64,000 nt of DNA from a virus, in the IMG/VR virus record IMGVR_UViG_3300017781_004450, positions 13,088-77,087 of that record; one strand, written 5' to 3'. Below the pieces are notes generated by a model that worked only from the letters and a program-made list of their open reading frames with translations, made no database searches and was not told the DNA's origin. The position numbers and the translations under genes are program-made. Positions 7,875 through 19,175 of the stretch are shown here, in pieces. Position 1 is the stretch's first letter. Every line of letters starts with the position of its first letter.

Positions 7875-10121
7875 CTATACCCAACCGCCGATTGCAATTC
7901 TGCCCCAGCCCGTACTCTTGCGGACATAGACATAACTGTCATCAACTCTAATTTCGCCAACTTCTGCTGCTTCTGTTTCTGAACCTGGAGCAGCACTGTT
8001 CGGTGCAATCTTACCTGTAACTGTGCCTGTTGCACCATCAATTACTACAGAAGAGTCATCACCAAATACTGAACCTCTAATATCAATAGTTGCAGTACCA
8101 TTTAGCACTGCTGCTGGTATTGTGCTGCTAACAGCGTCTATTAGTAATGTACTATCATCGCCAAACACACTACCTTTAATGTCAGTTACAGGACTTCCTG
8201 TGTACGATACTTCGCCTGTTGTAGCATTGTACATTAGCATAGTTGTACCAACTGCATTTCTAACTGGTTTAACTATAAACTCGCCTGTTTGAGTTGTGTT
8301 TAATTCAGTCTCTGTTTGGGCATTAATCACAATTGTATTTGCGTGTTGATTTAAGTGACCGGCTCTTTCACCAATTGCGATTGCATTTCCGCCTTGGCCT
8401 GATTGACCCGCTTCGTCACCAATTGCAATTGATGATGCCGCCTGGTTTGTTTCACCTGCTTGATGGCCGATTGCTACTGCTTCTTCGGCTTGTGAATTAT
8501 ATCCTGCTTGATAGCCAATTGCAACTGATCCTCCGAGTTGGGTAAGTTCACCTGCACGGTATCCAATTGCTATTGCAGCCGAACCTTGTGTTGTTTCACC
8601 TGCTTGATTACCAATTGCAATTGCATTTGAAACTTGGTTCTCTTCACCTGCTTGATATCCAATTGCAATTGCATTTGCACCTTGATTGTTTTGACCTGCT
8701 TCGTCGCCAATTGCCACGGCATCTTCACCTTGGTTTGTTTGGCCGGCCTGTTCGCCAATGGCTATTGCATCACTGCCTTGGTTTGTTTCACCTGCACTTG
8801 AACCAAGTGCAATTTTTGATTCACTTGTTCTTAAACTTGTTGTGTCTACTGCACCAACAATCTTACCTTCAACACCGTCAACTAGTAATCCTGAGTCGTC
8901 TGCAAACACTGATCCTGTAATATCAATCTTCGAATCAACTGCAATAGTAATCTTATCGTTGGGTGAATCAAGTGTAATACCAATACCGTAACCAGGTTCA
9001 AACGTTAAAATATCAGCAGTACTATCTGCTGCTAAACTTGTTTGTCCATCAACAGCAATCTGTTGGAATGTTGGAACTGCCGGAGCACCGTTTGAAACAG
9101 TCACAACACCTGTTGCAGGATCTGTTGAAACTGTAATACCAAAACCTTGTTGTACTTCTAACACACCTGTGTTAGTAAACTGCACAGCACCTGTTGTTGA
9201 ACTAACAGTAACACCTTCGCCTGGTGTTCTTCCTGTTGCTCTGCCAGGAATGTTAGTTGTGTTTTGTGCAGATGTAACACCTGTGTTAGTGAATGTTACA
9301 TTGCCTGTCGCTGAACTAACTGTAATACCTGTACTTGCAATTGCTTGTGTTACACCATCGTTAATAAATGTAATACTGTCTGCATCACTTCCTGCTACTA
9401 GTTGTACACCAGTACCACCGTAAAATGATAAAGTATCATTTGTATGATCAGCTTCAACAATGTCGCCATCATCTAAGTTGATGTATCTGAAATATCTTTT
9501 TTCTGGATCAATAATTAAGTCACCGTTAATAGTTGAACCAAATGGTAAATCAACTTTACCGCTTTCGCCTTTAACATGTGCTGTACCTAAATACAATCCG
9601 TTGTCTTCATTACCTGCTGTCGCTAGTGTTTCAGCAACGTGTACTTCTTTCCATTTATGTGTAGCATCACCTAAAACTTTTTGTGCATCGTCTGCTGGCT
9701 TAACAGAAGTTGTAAGTGCTTCTAAGTTAAGTGTACTAAATTCATTTAGTCCTTGTGTTTTACCACCTGATGCATATGCAGTAAAGCCTGTGCCATTAAC
9801 TGCTGAACTAATTCCTGCATCTGTGTAAAGAGCAAAAGTGTTACTGGTTAGTACATCCGCATAATAAGTATTACCATTTAGTTGTGTCATACCTACTACA
9901 TCTGTAATAGTTACACGTTGTCCGTCAGTAAGTCCGTGTGCTGTTGAAGTTGTAACTACAACAGGACTTGCTTGGGTCGTATTAGTAATTGTTTTTTGTT
10001 CGCCACCTGCAAGTGTTGCACCGATAGTTACAAAGTTTGCATTGACTTCATCTAATGCACTTTTAAACTTATCCCATAAAAGTGGTGGATTACCTGGCGT
10101 TATGTTTGTATTATATGCCAT
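7875..10121 (-). CDS. tail fibre / adhesin with YadA-head-like repeats
   Basis: 748 aa; FCCH-like domain (PVVVTTSTAHGLTDGQRV), ten 16-aa AIAIG repeats, three GSVFGDDS repeats. Confidence 0.75.
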   Translation of the reverse strand: MAYNTNITPGNPPLLWDKFKSALDEVNANFVTIGATLAGGEQKTITNTTQASPVVVTTSTAHGLTDGQRVTITDVVGMTQLNGNTYYADVLTSNTFALYTDAGISSAVNGTGFTAYASGGKTQGLNEFSTLNLEALTTSVKPADDAQKVLGDATHKWKEVHVAETLATAGNEDNGLYLGTAHVKGESGKVDLPFGSTINGDLIIDPEKRYFRYINLDDGDIVEADHTNDTLSFYGGTGVQLVAGSDADSITFINDGVTQAIASTGITVSSATGNVTFTNTGVTSAQNTTNIPGRATGRTPGEGVTVSSTTGAVQFTNTGVLEVQQGFGITVSTDPATGVVTVSNGAPAVPTFQQIAVDGQTSLAADSTADILTFEPGYGIGITLDSPNDKITIAVDSKIDITGSVFADDSGLLVDGVEGKIVGAVDTTSLRTSESKIALGSSAGETNQGSDAIAIGEQAGQTNQGEDAVAIGDEAGQNNQGANAIAIGYQAGEENQVSNAIAIGNQAGETTQGSAAIAIGYRAGELTQLGGSVAIGYQAGYNSQAEEAVAIGHQAGETNQAASSIAIGDEAGQSGQGGNAIAIGERAGHLNQHANTIVINAQTETELNTTQTGEFIVKPVRNAVGTTMLMYNATTGEVSYTGSPVTDIKGSVFGDDSTLLIDAVSSTIPAAVLNGTATIDIRGSVFGDDSSVVIDGATGTVTGKIAPNSAAPGSETEAAEVGEIRVDDSYVYVRKSTGWGRIAIGGWV
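8338..8817 (-). repeat. 10 x 48-bp coding tandem repeat (xIAIGxxAGxxxQxxx)
   Basis: KIALGSSAGETNQGSD / AIAIGEQAGQTNQGED / ... / AIAIGERAGHLNQHAN. Confidence 0.85.
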
Positions 10122-13100
10122 TAGTTTCTCCCTACCGCTACTTCAATTGTGCCTATATGATCACTATCATATGCTTCAATTGCTTTACCAATAATTGTAC
10201 CTGCTCGTACATCGCTATTAGCTACTGTACCAACACCATGTATGCCTGCACACACAATTAAATCACCTTTTTCAATCTTGCCAACTACTTTACAAGGTAC
10301 TCTACCTTGCAGTGCAACAAGATTTTTAAATCCAGGACAACCTGCGTACATAACATATGCTGCTCTATCTGAAACAACACCTGCTACTTTTGGATCTCCT
10401 GTTTTATTAGAAGTTGTAACTTCCTTGTCACCACCAAATACTAACACTGTTCCGACTTCGTATTCCTTGTCACCTTCGTAGTATTCTGCAAGGTCAGCTG
10501 CATAAGTTGCTTCAAACCTTGATTCACTTGGAGTTGTTCCTGTTAATGTCCAACGTCCTGTTACTGTACCTGCTGTAGTATTACCACCAGTTGTTAATGC
10601 TGTTGTAACAATTTGTGATGCTTCGACAGGTGCTAGTGATACACCGTTCTGTGTTCTAAACTTATGATAGTCGTTATCATATAAGTTTCTCTTATCTGTT
10701 GCAAGTGAACCGTTCTGTAAATATATACCACCACTACCACTTGAACCTGTATACAATCTTACGTAACTTGCAGATCCTGATGTACCATAACCTACTGATG
10801 TGTTACCGTTAATATTAAATGAGCTTGTAGCGTTCCAAATTCTTGCACTGGCATCTGCGTTACTATCTCTTTGAACAAGTTGACTTGCAGTTGCGTTAGC
10901 GGTTGCTTCGATAATACCGTAATCAACATCAGCTGTATTACTTGAACTACTGGTTCTTCTTAAGAAACCAGTTGTACTAAATTGTGTTTTCTTAACAGAG
11001 CCACCTTGATCAACAACAGTTGTCATTAATATATCTGCAGGAGCACTAGCACTTAGTAAGTTATTACCTAATACACTCTTACCAGTAACGTTTTCTAGTT
11101 TTGCTTTTGTAATTGTGCCATCAGTAAGTGTTACCCAACCGTTTGTAACAGTAAAGAATGTATTATCAAATGCTGCAATACCTTTGTCAGCTTGTGTAAT
11201 ACCGGTATCATTTGCACGTACTTGAGCATCTGACATGTTCAACTTGCTTTGTTCTATTGCAGCACTAGCATTAACATCAGCGTTATCAATTACGCCTGGT
11301 TGAATCTGTGCGTCAATTGTATTTGCAGTTGAATCAATACCTAAAGCAATATCACCTACAACAGATGCATTAATAGCATCGTTGTTATTACCTGTGAATA
11401 CAAGTATATCATTTGCTTCAAGATTGCTTAGTGTAAATTCTTGTAAGTTACCAAATGTTAAGTTTCTTAAGTTAACTACGTCTTGTGGCTGTGTTGGATC
11501 ACCAACATTGATCAGTTTAAATCCACCTTGATCAATTGGGCCTTTCATAGCCAGTGAACCGTCCAGCGCCATAAAGCCACCACTGATTGGTGGAATTAAG
11601 TTTGCTGATGTTACTGGAGCACCACCGTGTGTGGTACCAAGACGTCTTTCAATGTAAAGTCTGGTTGCGTTTTCTGTTGGTACTGTATCAACAGCGTTAT
11701 CAGTCATACCAGAGTCTGTACTAAATTCTGAAACAGGAACACCACGTTTAAATCCAATACCGTCCAAGTTACTCAATGCAATAGCTGCTGAGAACGTAAC
11801 CTGTCCTGTACCTTGGTCAACTCTAAAGAACGGTCCAACGTTGAAGTTACCAAATTGGTCTGTGGTTACATAGAACACACGTCCAACGTTTCGTTCATCT
11901 GTTTCTGTATCAGGGTTGAACGCATTAACTGATGGTCCATAAATCTCTGTTGGGTAGTTGGTATCAGCATATGATCCTGTACCAATCTCAAGTAAGTCAT
12001 GAGATGTAACACGAGTCAATGAAATTCTAATTGTTAGTTTACCATTAGCACCATCTGTTCCTCTTGCTACAGCAGATTTAACTGTATATGATGCTTCATA
12101 CTGTGTAAGACTATCTACTAATGGCCTATCAAGAGTAATCCTTGCCCAAGGATTACCAACTACGGTTTCATCTTCAAACAAGTCAATTACATAAACTTCA
12201 CCGTTGAAGTTAAATGTACTTCCTTGTACCCTTGATCTTTCCTGAGGAGCAACAGCAACAATAGCAAATGAACTATCGCCTACAGCACCTGTTGGTGTAT
12301 AGTACGAATGTGTTCCACTTTGAACACCTGTTGTATCAACTTGTACTGCGCCTGACAGTGTTGGATATGCTACACTTATTGTAAATGTGTTTGCATCAAG
12401 AACTGTGTGTACAAAGTAATGTGTACTTGTGTTAATTCCTGTTGGTAATGAACCAGTTGTTGTGAAAACAATTGGATCACCTTGTGTAAAGTTATGCGTT
12501 GTTTTTGTAATAACAGCCGGAGATGCAACAGATATTGTACAAGTTTCTGTTGTACCTGCTTTTGCTTCGCCTGGCTTGTACAGTGTTAAGTCAATATAGT
12601 TGTAGTTCTCTCTAAGCGTTGTAACAGTTAAGCCTTCAATAATAGCTGAATGTGTACCTGTACCTGTATCTGTTGTAGTTACAGGTGTCGAACCATTAAT
12701 AGCACTTGAAAGTTCAAAGTTTGTTGCGGTTAAGTTTTCTTCTCTAACCCAATAAGTTTCACCTGATGTAATTCCTGCTGGTAATGTACCTGTTGAAGTA
12801 AAGCTCAATCTATAGTTGAATAATTGTTTATGTGGTACAACACATTTAATAGTTGGTGTACCGGTCGTTAGTACTAGTGCCGCGCTTCCAGCACTTGTAC
12901 TTAAAACTACTTGATCGTATTTTGGAACACTAATAACATGATAAGTTGTACTTGCAGTTATTCCATTTGCAGTTGATCTTGGAACAATAGTATCGCCAAT
13001 AATTAATCCGTGATTCTGACTAAACGTAGCAACATTAGTAGTTGCTGTTGTTGCAGTAATAGTTGCAAGGAATGTACCTACACCTGGTGCTGCTGCTGTA

Positions 13101-16100
13101 AATTCTACTTCATAGTTACCTCTTGAATCAGCTGATGACTCAAACTGTAGAACACGATAAACATCTGTGTATTCTTGTAGTATCAAACCAGTTGATGGTC
13201 TTGTAGCAACGTCAACAAGTTCACCTGTTAACATAACCTGCGAGTTAGAACGCAACGACATTTTAGCATTGTCTGGAATAACAGCAAACAATCCATCGAA
13301 GTTACCAGTTGAGTCACTTGTTAAATTAAGTTTAGCAACACCAGCTGGCAAGTCATTAGTTGAAACTGATGTTACAGGATATCTATAAATTACATTACCA
13401 TGATCAACTTCAAGTTCTGAGTTGTTAAGTGGCGTGTAGTCGTATCCGTCAACATAAAGGAACAGTCCACCTTGTGTGTTTGCAAATCCTGCACTTGGGA
13501 AATAACTGTAAACTGTTTGTGCAAGGTCATTGTATAATGAAGTTGGTGTTGGAACCTCAAGTGGATCCGAACCATCTGCAACCAATGCATAGATACCATG
13601 TGCAGAAGAACCACCAACGGATCTAATCTGCGCACCGTTAAGTGACATGTACGATGCATAACAGTAATATGTAAACATCGAAACTGCTTCTGTTAAACCA
13701 CCGTTGGTTGCAAGTAGGCCGTAACCCATATCAGCAACCTGTGTAAAGTCATTTGATAGCATTGATCTGTTACCAGGCATCAATACTTCATAAATTCTTT
13801 CTATTGAGTGTGTTCCGCTACCAGCACTTGTTGTTGCAACTGATAAACCACCTAGTGAAGTACTAACTTGGAATGTGTTAGTTGTTAAATTAACACCTGA
13901 AACAAAGTAATCTGTACCAACAACTAATCCAGTTGGCAATGCACCTGTTGTTGTAAATCTAACAACAGCACCTTCTTGTAATTTGTGTGCTGATGAAGTA
14001 ATAACAGCAGGGTTAGCATTTGTAATTGTAGCAGTAACAGGTCCAGCAGTTCTAGTAAATGGTGTAGTTTCATCTAAGATAAATGATGCTGAAGAACCGT
14101 TCTTGTTAAAGACAAAATCTCTAACGTAGTTTACTCTGAATACTGTATCATCAACAATAAACGAACAAGGAAGTTGTGGTGTTCTGTCTAGTCCTGTTAC
14201 TTCAATTCTTGTAGGTGATGTAGATGAAGCGTGTCTAAATTGTAAGTTACCAGCAAAGCCGTCAACAAACATACCACCTGCAAACGTTTGTGCGTTTTTG
14301 GATTTTGAGAATGATGCTGATTCTTGACAGTATGGTGACTTAGCAAGGATTTGACCTTCTGGGTCAAGTACCATCATAAAGCCGCCATGCCCTTGACCTG
14401 TAACAGCTCTAATAATGTTAGCGTCATTCATTAAGAATACGTCTAACTTGTCGTTCTCTTCTGGATAGTTAACACTACCTGATCCGTCAATTACATCTTC
14501 AATAGCATCAAATAGTTCAGCAACAACTGCTTGTGTTCCTGTTTCTGCTGTAAATGATGTATCAATAATCTGTAGTGCTGTAGTTACTGTTCCTGGAAGT
14601 GCTAAGTTTTGTACAACATAATCAATTGCTAACTGCGCTCTTTCAAGTCCTGCAATTGTTTGTGAAAGTTGTGTAGTAATTGCTTTCCGACCACTTGCAG
14701 TCTGATAATATTTTAAACCTGCGGAAATAGTTCTATTATATCCGCCGTACTTCAGGTCGAATATCATAGCATCAATAATTAATCCTACATCACGTTTACA
14801 TTGTGTTTTGATATATGTATATGTGTTTGTAAATGGTGCAATGTTTCCAGCAATTTGCGTATCGATCCAATCAACAACTTCGTTTTGAATGAATGATTTA
14901 TTAAGTTTGAGAAGTGCTGCTGACTTTCTGTAAGCACCTTTATTATCAATTTTAGGGTAAACTGGTTGTGTTGAGTCTGATAGATAATGATGACCATACA
15001 ATTGCGTAGCAGTTGTCAACCCATCGATATTTGTATCTCTTCTAAATTTCTGGAATGCCCAAGGAGAACTAGAAGTTCCCGGTTTTGGCTTAATAAGAAC
15101 ACGTCTAAACTCATCACCAATGATTGCAACGTTCTGCGGTACTTTAAGTGGATAGTTTTCTTGATAAATTCCACTTTCAACAAGGACTGCAATTTGAACT
15201 TGGTTAGTAATATCACCATATGAAATAGGTTCATCAATTAAAAATGTTCCATACTTAATATCTACATCAAATATCTCGTTACCGTTACTATCTAATGATC
15301 CGTCGTGTGCAAGAATCTGCGCAAGTGCGCCTGATGTTTCGCCACGTAAGTGTAAACCTTCTCTAATATCTCTTGTTCTAAATGCTACCGGAGTATCTGT
15401 TAATACATCACCTGTGTAGTCTGTACGATATCCATCTGTTTTTAATAAGAATCTTGGCAAGTCAACTTGAACAGTTCCAACTGTTGTAAATCCACTACCT
15501 GCATCTGCAATATCAATACCAGTAATAACACCACCGGATATAACTGCTGTACCAAAAGAACCTGTTGCTCCTGTTCCTACAACACGTACAGATACTAAAC
15601 TGTAACTGTTACCACCACTGCTAATATCAACACCGTTTACTTTATATGTTACATCAAATGTAGCACCTATACCAAATGTTGAATCAGAAGTTGTAACAAC
15701 GCCGCTTGTTCCAGGTAAAACTGTGTAATCACCTTGTGCTACAAGTTTAAATGTTGTAATAGCACCTGGTGTTGTTGCTGTTGATAATACTTCAATAGTT
15801 GCATTTGAACCTGTACCACCTTGCAGTGTAATAATATCGCCTGCTTGATAGTTTGCACCTGATGCATTCATAGTAATAGTATCAACACTCATTCTTGCAC
15901 TACCAACAAATCCTGCACCTGATGAAGGTGACGTATCAATTTGTGCAAGTGTTACAGTGCCTGAGCCGTTATTAAATGTAAGTTGTTTCTTATAAGGACC
16001 AATATCGTCTAATGATTCTAATACTATTTCTTCAGCACGTTTTAATGCTGCTTCAATTGTTTTATAAGCATAAGCAAGAGCTCTACCTTGTAGTTCTTCA

Positions 16101-16774
16101 CTTACACCTACTCTTTCGTCTTGACCTGATGTAGCAACATATAGATTTACCTTACTACCAAATGATGCATTATCAACATATTGTTTAGTTGCAGCAATCA
16201 AGCCGTCATATAACTCGTCATCTGAAGGTTCTGGGCTTCTGCTTAAAATTAATGGACCAGTCATTGTACCAAATGCTACGTTTGGATTACCTGTTGACGG
16301 ATCAATAGCATCAACACCTGCTCTTGAAATCTTTGTATCTACATATTCTTTGTTTGCTGCTTCATCATCTGAAACAGGAGTATTCATATCTTTAATACGG
16401 TATGTGTTACCACCTGATGCAACAGATAAGTTACCACCTAGCTGTGGGCTAGGGTCACCTGAGATTTCACTAAACTCAGTCGCAACAATAATTTGGTTTG
16501 AATTTGAAGTATCATCTACTGTGATACCTAAACCTGCTGTAATCTGCTTAAATTGTAATCCGTCTGTTGTTGGATTAACTGCTAGTACAGCACCTTCTTG
16601 ACCTAAAAACGTAGTGGGTGTATCGTCAAGTGCAATAAAAGTAAGTTTTTCGCCAAGTCCTAGCGAGCTATATAGTTCTTTAAAATTATCATTCGTCTTA
16701 CGAAACGAATCTCTAATACTATCGCCGGTACCGTCGTTACCTATTGCGCCTATATCTACAATCTTACGTGCCAT
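10121..16774 (-). CDS. giant tail fibre / baseplate protein (2217 aa) with a C-terminal intramolecular-chaperone (peptidase G2/S74-like) domain
   Basis: N-terminal GNDGTGDSIRDSFRKTNDNFKELY; AANKEYVD/AATKQYVD fibre motifs; repeated PAVIT..H....G..V.FTTTG.LPTG modules; C-terminal ADLAEYYEGD...GTVLVFGG...VALQGRVPCKV. Confidence 0.8.
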   Translation of the reverse strand: MARKIVDIGAIGNDGTGDSIRDSFRKTNDNFKELYSSLGLGEKLTFIALDDTPTTFLGQEGAVLAVNPTTDGLQFKQITAGLGITVDDTSNSNQIIVATEFSEISGDPSPQLGGNLSVASGGNTYRIKDMNTPVSDDEAANKEYVDTKISRAGVDAIDPSTGNPNVAFGTMTGPLILSRSPEPSDDELYDGLIAATKQYVDNASFGSKVNLYVATSGQDERVGVSEELQGRALAYAYKTIEAALKRAEEIVLESLDDIGPYKKQLTFNNGSGTVTLAQIDTSPSSGAGFVGSARMSVDTITMNASGANYQAGDIITLQGGTGSNATIEVLSTATTPGAITTFKLVAQGDYTVLPGTSGVVTTSDSTFGIGATFDVTYKVNGVDISSGGNSYSLVSVRVVGTGATGSFGTAVISGGVITGIDIADAGSGFTTVGTVQVDLPRFLLKTDGYRTDYTGDVLTDTPVAFRTRDIREGLHLRGETSGALAQILAHDGSLDSNGNEIFDVDIKYGTFLIDEPISYGDITNQVQIAVLVESGIYQENYPLKVPQNVAIIGDEFRRVLIKPKPGTSSSPWAFQKFRRDTNIDGLTTATQLYGHHYLSDSTQPVYPKIDNKGAYRKSAALLKLNKSFIQNEVVDWIDTQIAGNIAPFTNTYTYIKTQCKRDVGLIIDAMIFDLKYGGYNRTISAGLKYYQTASGRKAITTQLSQTIAGLERAQLAIDYVVQNLALPGTVTTALQIIDTSFTAETGTQAVVAELFDAIEDVIDGSGSVNYPEENDKLDVFLMNDANIIRAVTGQGHGGFMMVLDPEGQILAKSPYCQESASFSKSKNAQTFAGGMFVDGFAGNLQFRHASSTSPTRIEVTGLDRTPQLPCSFIVDDTVFRVNYVRDFVFNKNGSSASFILDETTPFTRTAGPVTATITNANPAVITSSAHKLQEGAVVRFTTTGALPTGLVVGTDYFVSGVNLTTNTFQVSTSLGGLSVATTSAGSGTHSIERIYEVLMPGNRSMLSNDFTQVADMGYGLLATNGGLTEAVSMFTYYCYASYMSLNGAQIRSVGGSSAHGIYALVADGSDPLEVPTPTSLYNDLAQTVYSYFPSAGFANTQGGLFLYVDGYDYTPLNNSELEVDHGNVIYRYPVTSVSTNDLPAGVAKLNLTSDSTGNFDGLFAVIPDNAKMSLRSNSQVMLTGELVDVATRPSTGLILQEYTDVYRVLQFESSADSRGNYEVEFTAAAPGVGTFLATITATTATTNVATFSQNHGLIIGDTIVPRSTANGITASTTYHVISVPKYDQVVLSTSAGSAALVLTTGTPTIKCVVPHKQLFNYRLSFTSTGTLPAGITSGETYWVREENLTATNFELSSAINGSTPVTTTDTGTGTHSAIIEGLTVTTLRENYNYIDLTLYKPGEAKAGTTETCTISVASPAVITKTTHNFTQGDPIVFTTTGSLPTGINTSTHYFVHTVLDANTFTISVAYPTLSGAVQVDTTGVQSGTHSYYTPTGAVGDSSFAIVAVAPQERSRVQGSTFNFNGEVYVIDLFEDETVVGNPWARITLDRPLVDSLTQYEASYTVKSAVARGTDGANGKLTIRISLTRVTSHDLLEIGTGSYADTNYPTEIYGPSVNAFNPDTETDERNVGRVFYVTTDQFGNFNVGPFFRVDQGTGQVTFSAAIALSNLDGIGFKRGVPVSEFSTDSGMTDNAVDTVPTENATRLYIERRLGTTHGGAPVTSANLIPPISGGFMALDGSLAMKGPIDQGGFKLINVGDPTQPQDVVNLRNLTFGNLQEFTLSNLEANDILVFTGNNNDAINASVVGDIALGIDSTANTIDAQIQPGVIDNADVNASAAIEQSKLNMSDAQVRANDTGITQADKGIAAFDNTFFTVTNGWVTLTDGTITKAKLENVTGKSVLGNNLLSASAPADILMTTVVDQGGSVKKTQFSTTGFLRRTSSSSNTADVDYGIIEATANATASQLVQRDSNADASARIWNATSSFNINGNTSVGYGTSGSASYVRLYTGSSGSGGIYLQNGSLATDKRNLYDNDYHKFRTQNGVSLAPVEASQIVTTALTTGGNTTAGTVTGRWTLTGTTPSESRFEATYAADLAEYYEGDKEYEVGTVLVFGGDKEVTTSNKTGDPKVAGVVSDRAAYVMYAGCPGFKNLVALQGRVPCKVVGKIEKGDLIVCAGIHGVGTVANSDVRAGTIIGKAIEAYDSDHIGTIEVAVGRN

Positions 16775-16806
16775 CTACTAAGTCTCCAAGTATCTTATTC
16801 CTAATG

Positions 16807-16850
16807 TATTTAGCCAATAATTTTACAAGCCTAATGTAAAATAGTAAATA
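16807..16850. promoter_or_regulatory. divergent pair of late TAAATA boxes with an 8-bp inverted repeat between them
   Basis: tattta 16807-16812 (minus, leadered, structural operon); TAAATA 16845-16850 + 5 nt + ATG 16856; ATTTTACA-N7-TGTAAAAT at 16820-16842. Confidence 0.65.
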
Positions 16851-16855
16851 CATGC

Positions 16856-17143
16856 ATGTTCATTAAAACTGAAAAAGTACATACTCACTATAAACGGCAG
16901 AGTAAACTTGGCAAAAAACACGAATATCTTCGTGAAAAAACTGTTGTTCACCTACAGTGTGATAACTGTGATACTGTATTTACCAGGGATCTAAAAAAGA
17001 TGAACTCAAGCCGGTTGAACAACAACTACTTCCATGTGTGTACTAACTGTGATGCTAAACGTTTTGCTCAACGCAAAGGTGTAGAACAGAAACAAGTATG
17101 GGATTTGCCTGCAAACACAGACTTACCTTTATCTAAATTCTAG
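16856..17143 (+). CDS. small zinc-finger protein
   Basis: CDNC...CTNC, basic. Confidence 0.7.
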   Translation: MFIKTEKVHTHYKRQSKLGKKHEYLREKTVVHLQCDNCDTVFTRDLKKMNSSRLNNNYFHVCTNCDAKRFAQRKGVEQKQVWDLPANTDLPLSKF

Positions 17144-17321
17144 TAGATCTACTAGTAAGTTCTTTTTTTACTTTTACTATAGTTTTAGGCTTTGCATTAC
17201 TGCTACCTATATAGTCTACTAGCTCTTGTGTAGAGGTACACTTCATGTAAAAGTGTTGAGTTTCAGTTTTACCTGTGGATTTATTTCTAATTTTTTGTGA
17301 TGGTTTAAATTTTACTGGCAT
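17133..17321 (-). CDS. small basic hypothetical protein
   Basis: 62 aa, coupled to iscU by a TAATG overlap. Confidence 0.6.
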   Translation of the reverse strand: MPVKFKPSQKIRNKSTGKTETQHFYMKCTSTQELVDYIGSSNAKPKTIVKVKKELTSRSTRI

Positions 17322-17749
17322 TATTCTGGACCGTTATTGTGTTTTCTTTTTAATTTTTTATTATCCCAATTCTCTATTGCTTCTTTGATTGATTCTTCTG
17401 CTAGGATTGAACAATGTAGTTTCAATGCAGGAAGTTCTAAAGCATCTGCTATATCTTTGTCTTTGATTTGTTGTGCTTGTTCAGTAGTTATACCTGTTAG
17501 CATTTCGACAAACATGTGCGAACTTGCAATAGCACTACCACAACCATATGTTTTGAATTTTACATCTTCAATAACATCGGTGTCAGGATTAATTTTTAGA
17601 TCTAACTTCATTACATCACCACATGCAGGTGCGCCAGTCATTCCAGTAGCAACGTTTGGATCTTTAGGATCAAACCTACCAACTCCATTTGCCTCAGGAT
17701 CATGAAGTACATTTTTAAATCTGTCTACTACTTTATTACTGTATGCCAT
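17321..17749 (-). CDS. iscU: Fe-S cluster scaffold IscU
   Basis: GAPACGDVMKL, FKTYGCGSAIASS, LPALKLHCSILAE. Confidence 0.93.
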   Translation of the reverse strand: MAYSNKVVDRFKNVLHDPEANGVGRFDPKDPNVATGMTGAPACGDVMKLDLKINPDTDVIEDVKFKTYGCGSAIASSHMFVEMLTGITTEQAQQIKDKDIADALELPALKLHCSILAEESIKEAIENWDNKKLKRKHNNGPE

Positions 17750-17766
17750 AATAATTATTTACCTCG

Positions 17767-19038
17767 TTAGTGAGCGTTCCATTTAACCTTACTAAAGTCA
17801 ACACCGTCCAAATACATATCCCACAGAGGAGATAGTATTCTAAGTTTGCCAATTACATTAAGCATTGTCTCTGCAACACTATCTACTTCTTCTACAGTAG
17901 TTGTTCTGCCAAAACTAAATCTAATGCTACTGTGTGCTAACTCGTCGTCTCTGCCTATAGCTCTAAGCACATAACTAGGCTCTAAACTAGCACTTGTACA
18001 TGCACTACCACTGCTTACAGCAACGTTCTCTAATGCCATAATCAAAGACTCGCCTTCAACAAAATTAAAACTAATATTAAGTATGTTTGGTACTTTGTGA
18101 TCTAGTGAACCATTTATGTATGATTCTTCAATAGTAGTAAGTTTGCTTAACAGTCTATCATGTAGCATTTTAATATGCTGTTTGTTCTTTTCCATTTCAA
18201 GTCTTGCGTACTTGAATGCTTCGCCCATGCCTACTATTTGATGTGTAGGTAATGTGCCTGAACGCATACCTCTTTCGTGTCCGCCACCGTGTATTTGAGC
18301 TCTAAGTCTTACTCTTGGTTTCTTTCTGACATACAGAGCACCAATACCTTTTGGACCATATGTTTTGTGTGCGGATAAACTCATTAAATGTACAGGAAGT
18401 TCTTGTAAGTTAAACTCTATTTTTCCTGTTGCCTGTGCAGCATCAACATGAAACATTATTTTGTTTTCAAAACAATACTTACCAATGCCTTCTATGTCAT
18501 TGACAGTACCCATTTCATTATTAATATACATAATGCTAACAAGTATAGTATCGTCTCTAACAGCGTCTATAACCATGTCTGCTGTAACTATGCCATCTTC
18601 GTTAGGGTCTAAGTATGTAACTTCAAATCCGTCACGTTCTAATTCTCTACATGGATCTAGTACTGCTTTATGTTCTATCTTGCTTGTTATAATGTGTTTG
18701 CCTTTGCTTTGATAAAAATCTGCAATACCTTTAATTGCTAAATTATCTGCTTCGGTAGCGCCACTTGTAAATACTATTTCTTTAGGATCTGCACCAATTA
18801 ATTCAGCTACATTTTTTCTAGCCTCATCAACAGCATCGTCTGCTTTCCATCCAAAACTATGACTTCTACTTGCTGGATTACCAAATTCACCTTCATCAGT
18901 CATGTACTTGACCATGGTTTCGACTACACGTTTATCACATGGAGTTGTAGAAGCATAATCCATATAGATTCTGTTACCCGATGACTCTGCATGGGTATCG
19001 ATGGTCGCTGTGACATCTCTGTGTTGCTTATGATCCAT
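17767..19038 (-). CDS. iscS: cysteine desulfurase IscS
   Basis: [28 protein letters not shown] (PLP Lys), SSGSACTS, C-terminal LSPLW. Confidence 0.95.
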   Translation of the reverse strand: MDHKQHRDVTATIDTHAESSGNRIYMDYASTTPCDKRVVETMVKYMTDEGEFGNPASRSHSFGWKADDAVDEARKNVAELIGADPKEIVFTSGATEADNLAIKGIADFYQSKGKHIITSKIEHKAVLDPCRELERDGFEVTYLDPNEDGIVTADMVIDAVRDDTILVSIMYINNEMGTVNDIEGIGKYCFENKIMFHVDAAQATGKIEFNLQELPVHLMSLSAHKTYGPKGIGALYVRKKPRVRLRAQIHGGGHERGMRSGTLPTHQIVGMGEAFKYARLEMEKNKQHIKMLHDRLLSKLTTIEESYINGSLDHKVPNILNISFNFVEGESLIMALENVAVSSGSACTSASLEPSYVLRAIGRDDELAHSSIRFSFGRTTTVEEVDSVAETMLNVIGKLRILSPLWDMYLDGVDFSKVKWNAH

Positions 19039-19061
19039 TAATGTATATGATTTTTTAGTTT

Positions 19062-19090
19062 ATTGTACAACAATTTAGTAATATTGTCAA
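19062..19090 (-). promoter_or_regulatory. sigma70-type promoter TTGACA-17-TACAAT for iscS-iscU
   Basis: tgtcaa 19085-19090; attgta 19062-19067. Confidence 0.75.
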
Positions 19091-19093
19091 CCA

Positions 19094-19175
19094 ACTGTAT
19101 TTATACAACACAAAAAGACTATATGTAATGATTGGTTTTTATTTTTTATGCCGGGCCTAAGTGTATAAATACAGT
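19094..19175. promoter_or_regulatory. divergent canonical T4-type late promoters TATAAATA forming a 14-bp inverted repeat
   Basis: actgtatttataca 19094-19107 and tgtataaatacagt 19162-19175; the latter is followed directly by ATG 19176. Confidence 0.7.

Noticed and set aside
8338-8817. 48-bp periodic repeats as a possible CRISPR array
   Set aside because: The repeats are in frame, degenerate at third codon positions and lack unique spacers. They are protein repeats, and no cas genes are present.
3956-16601. Many 60-120 aa ORFs antisense or out of frame within structural genes
   Set aside because: They are shadow ORFs caused by codon bias of Thr/Gly/Ala-rich proteins, with no SD, promoter or motif. 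The same applies to similar ORFs across the enzyme island.
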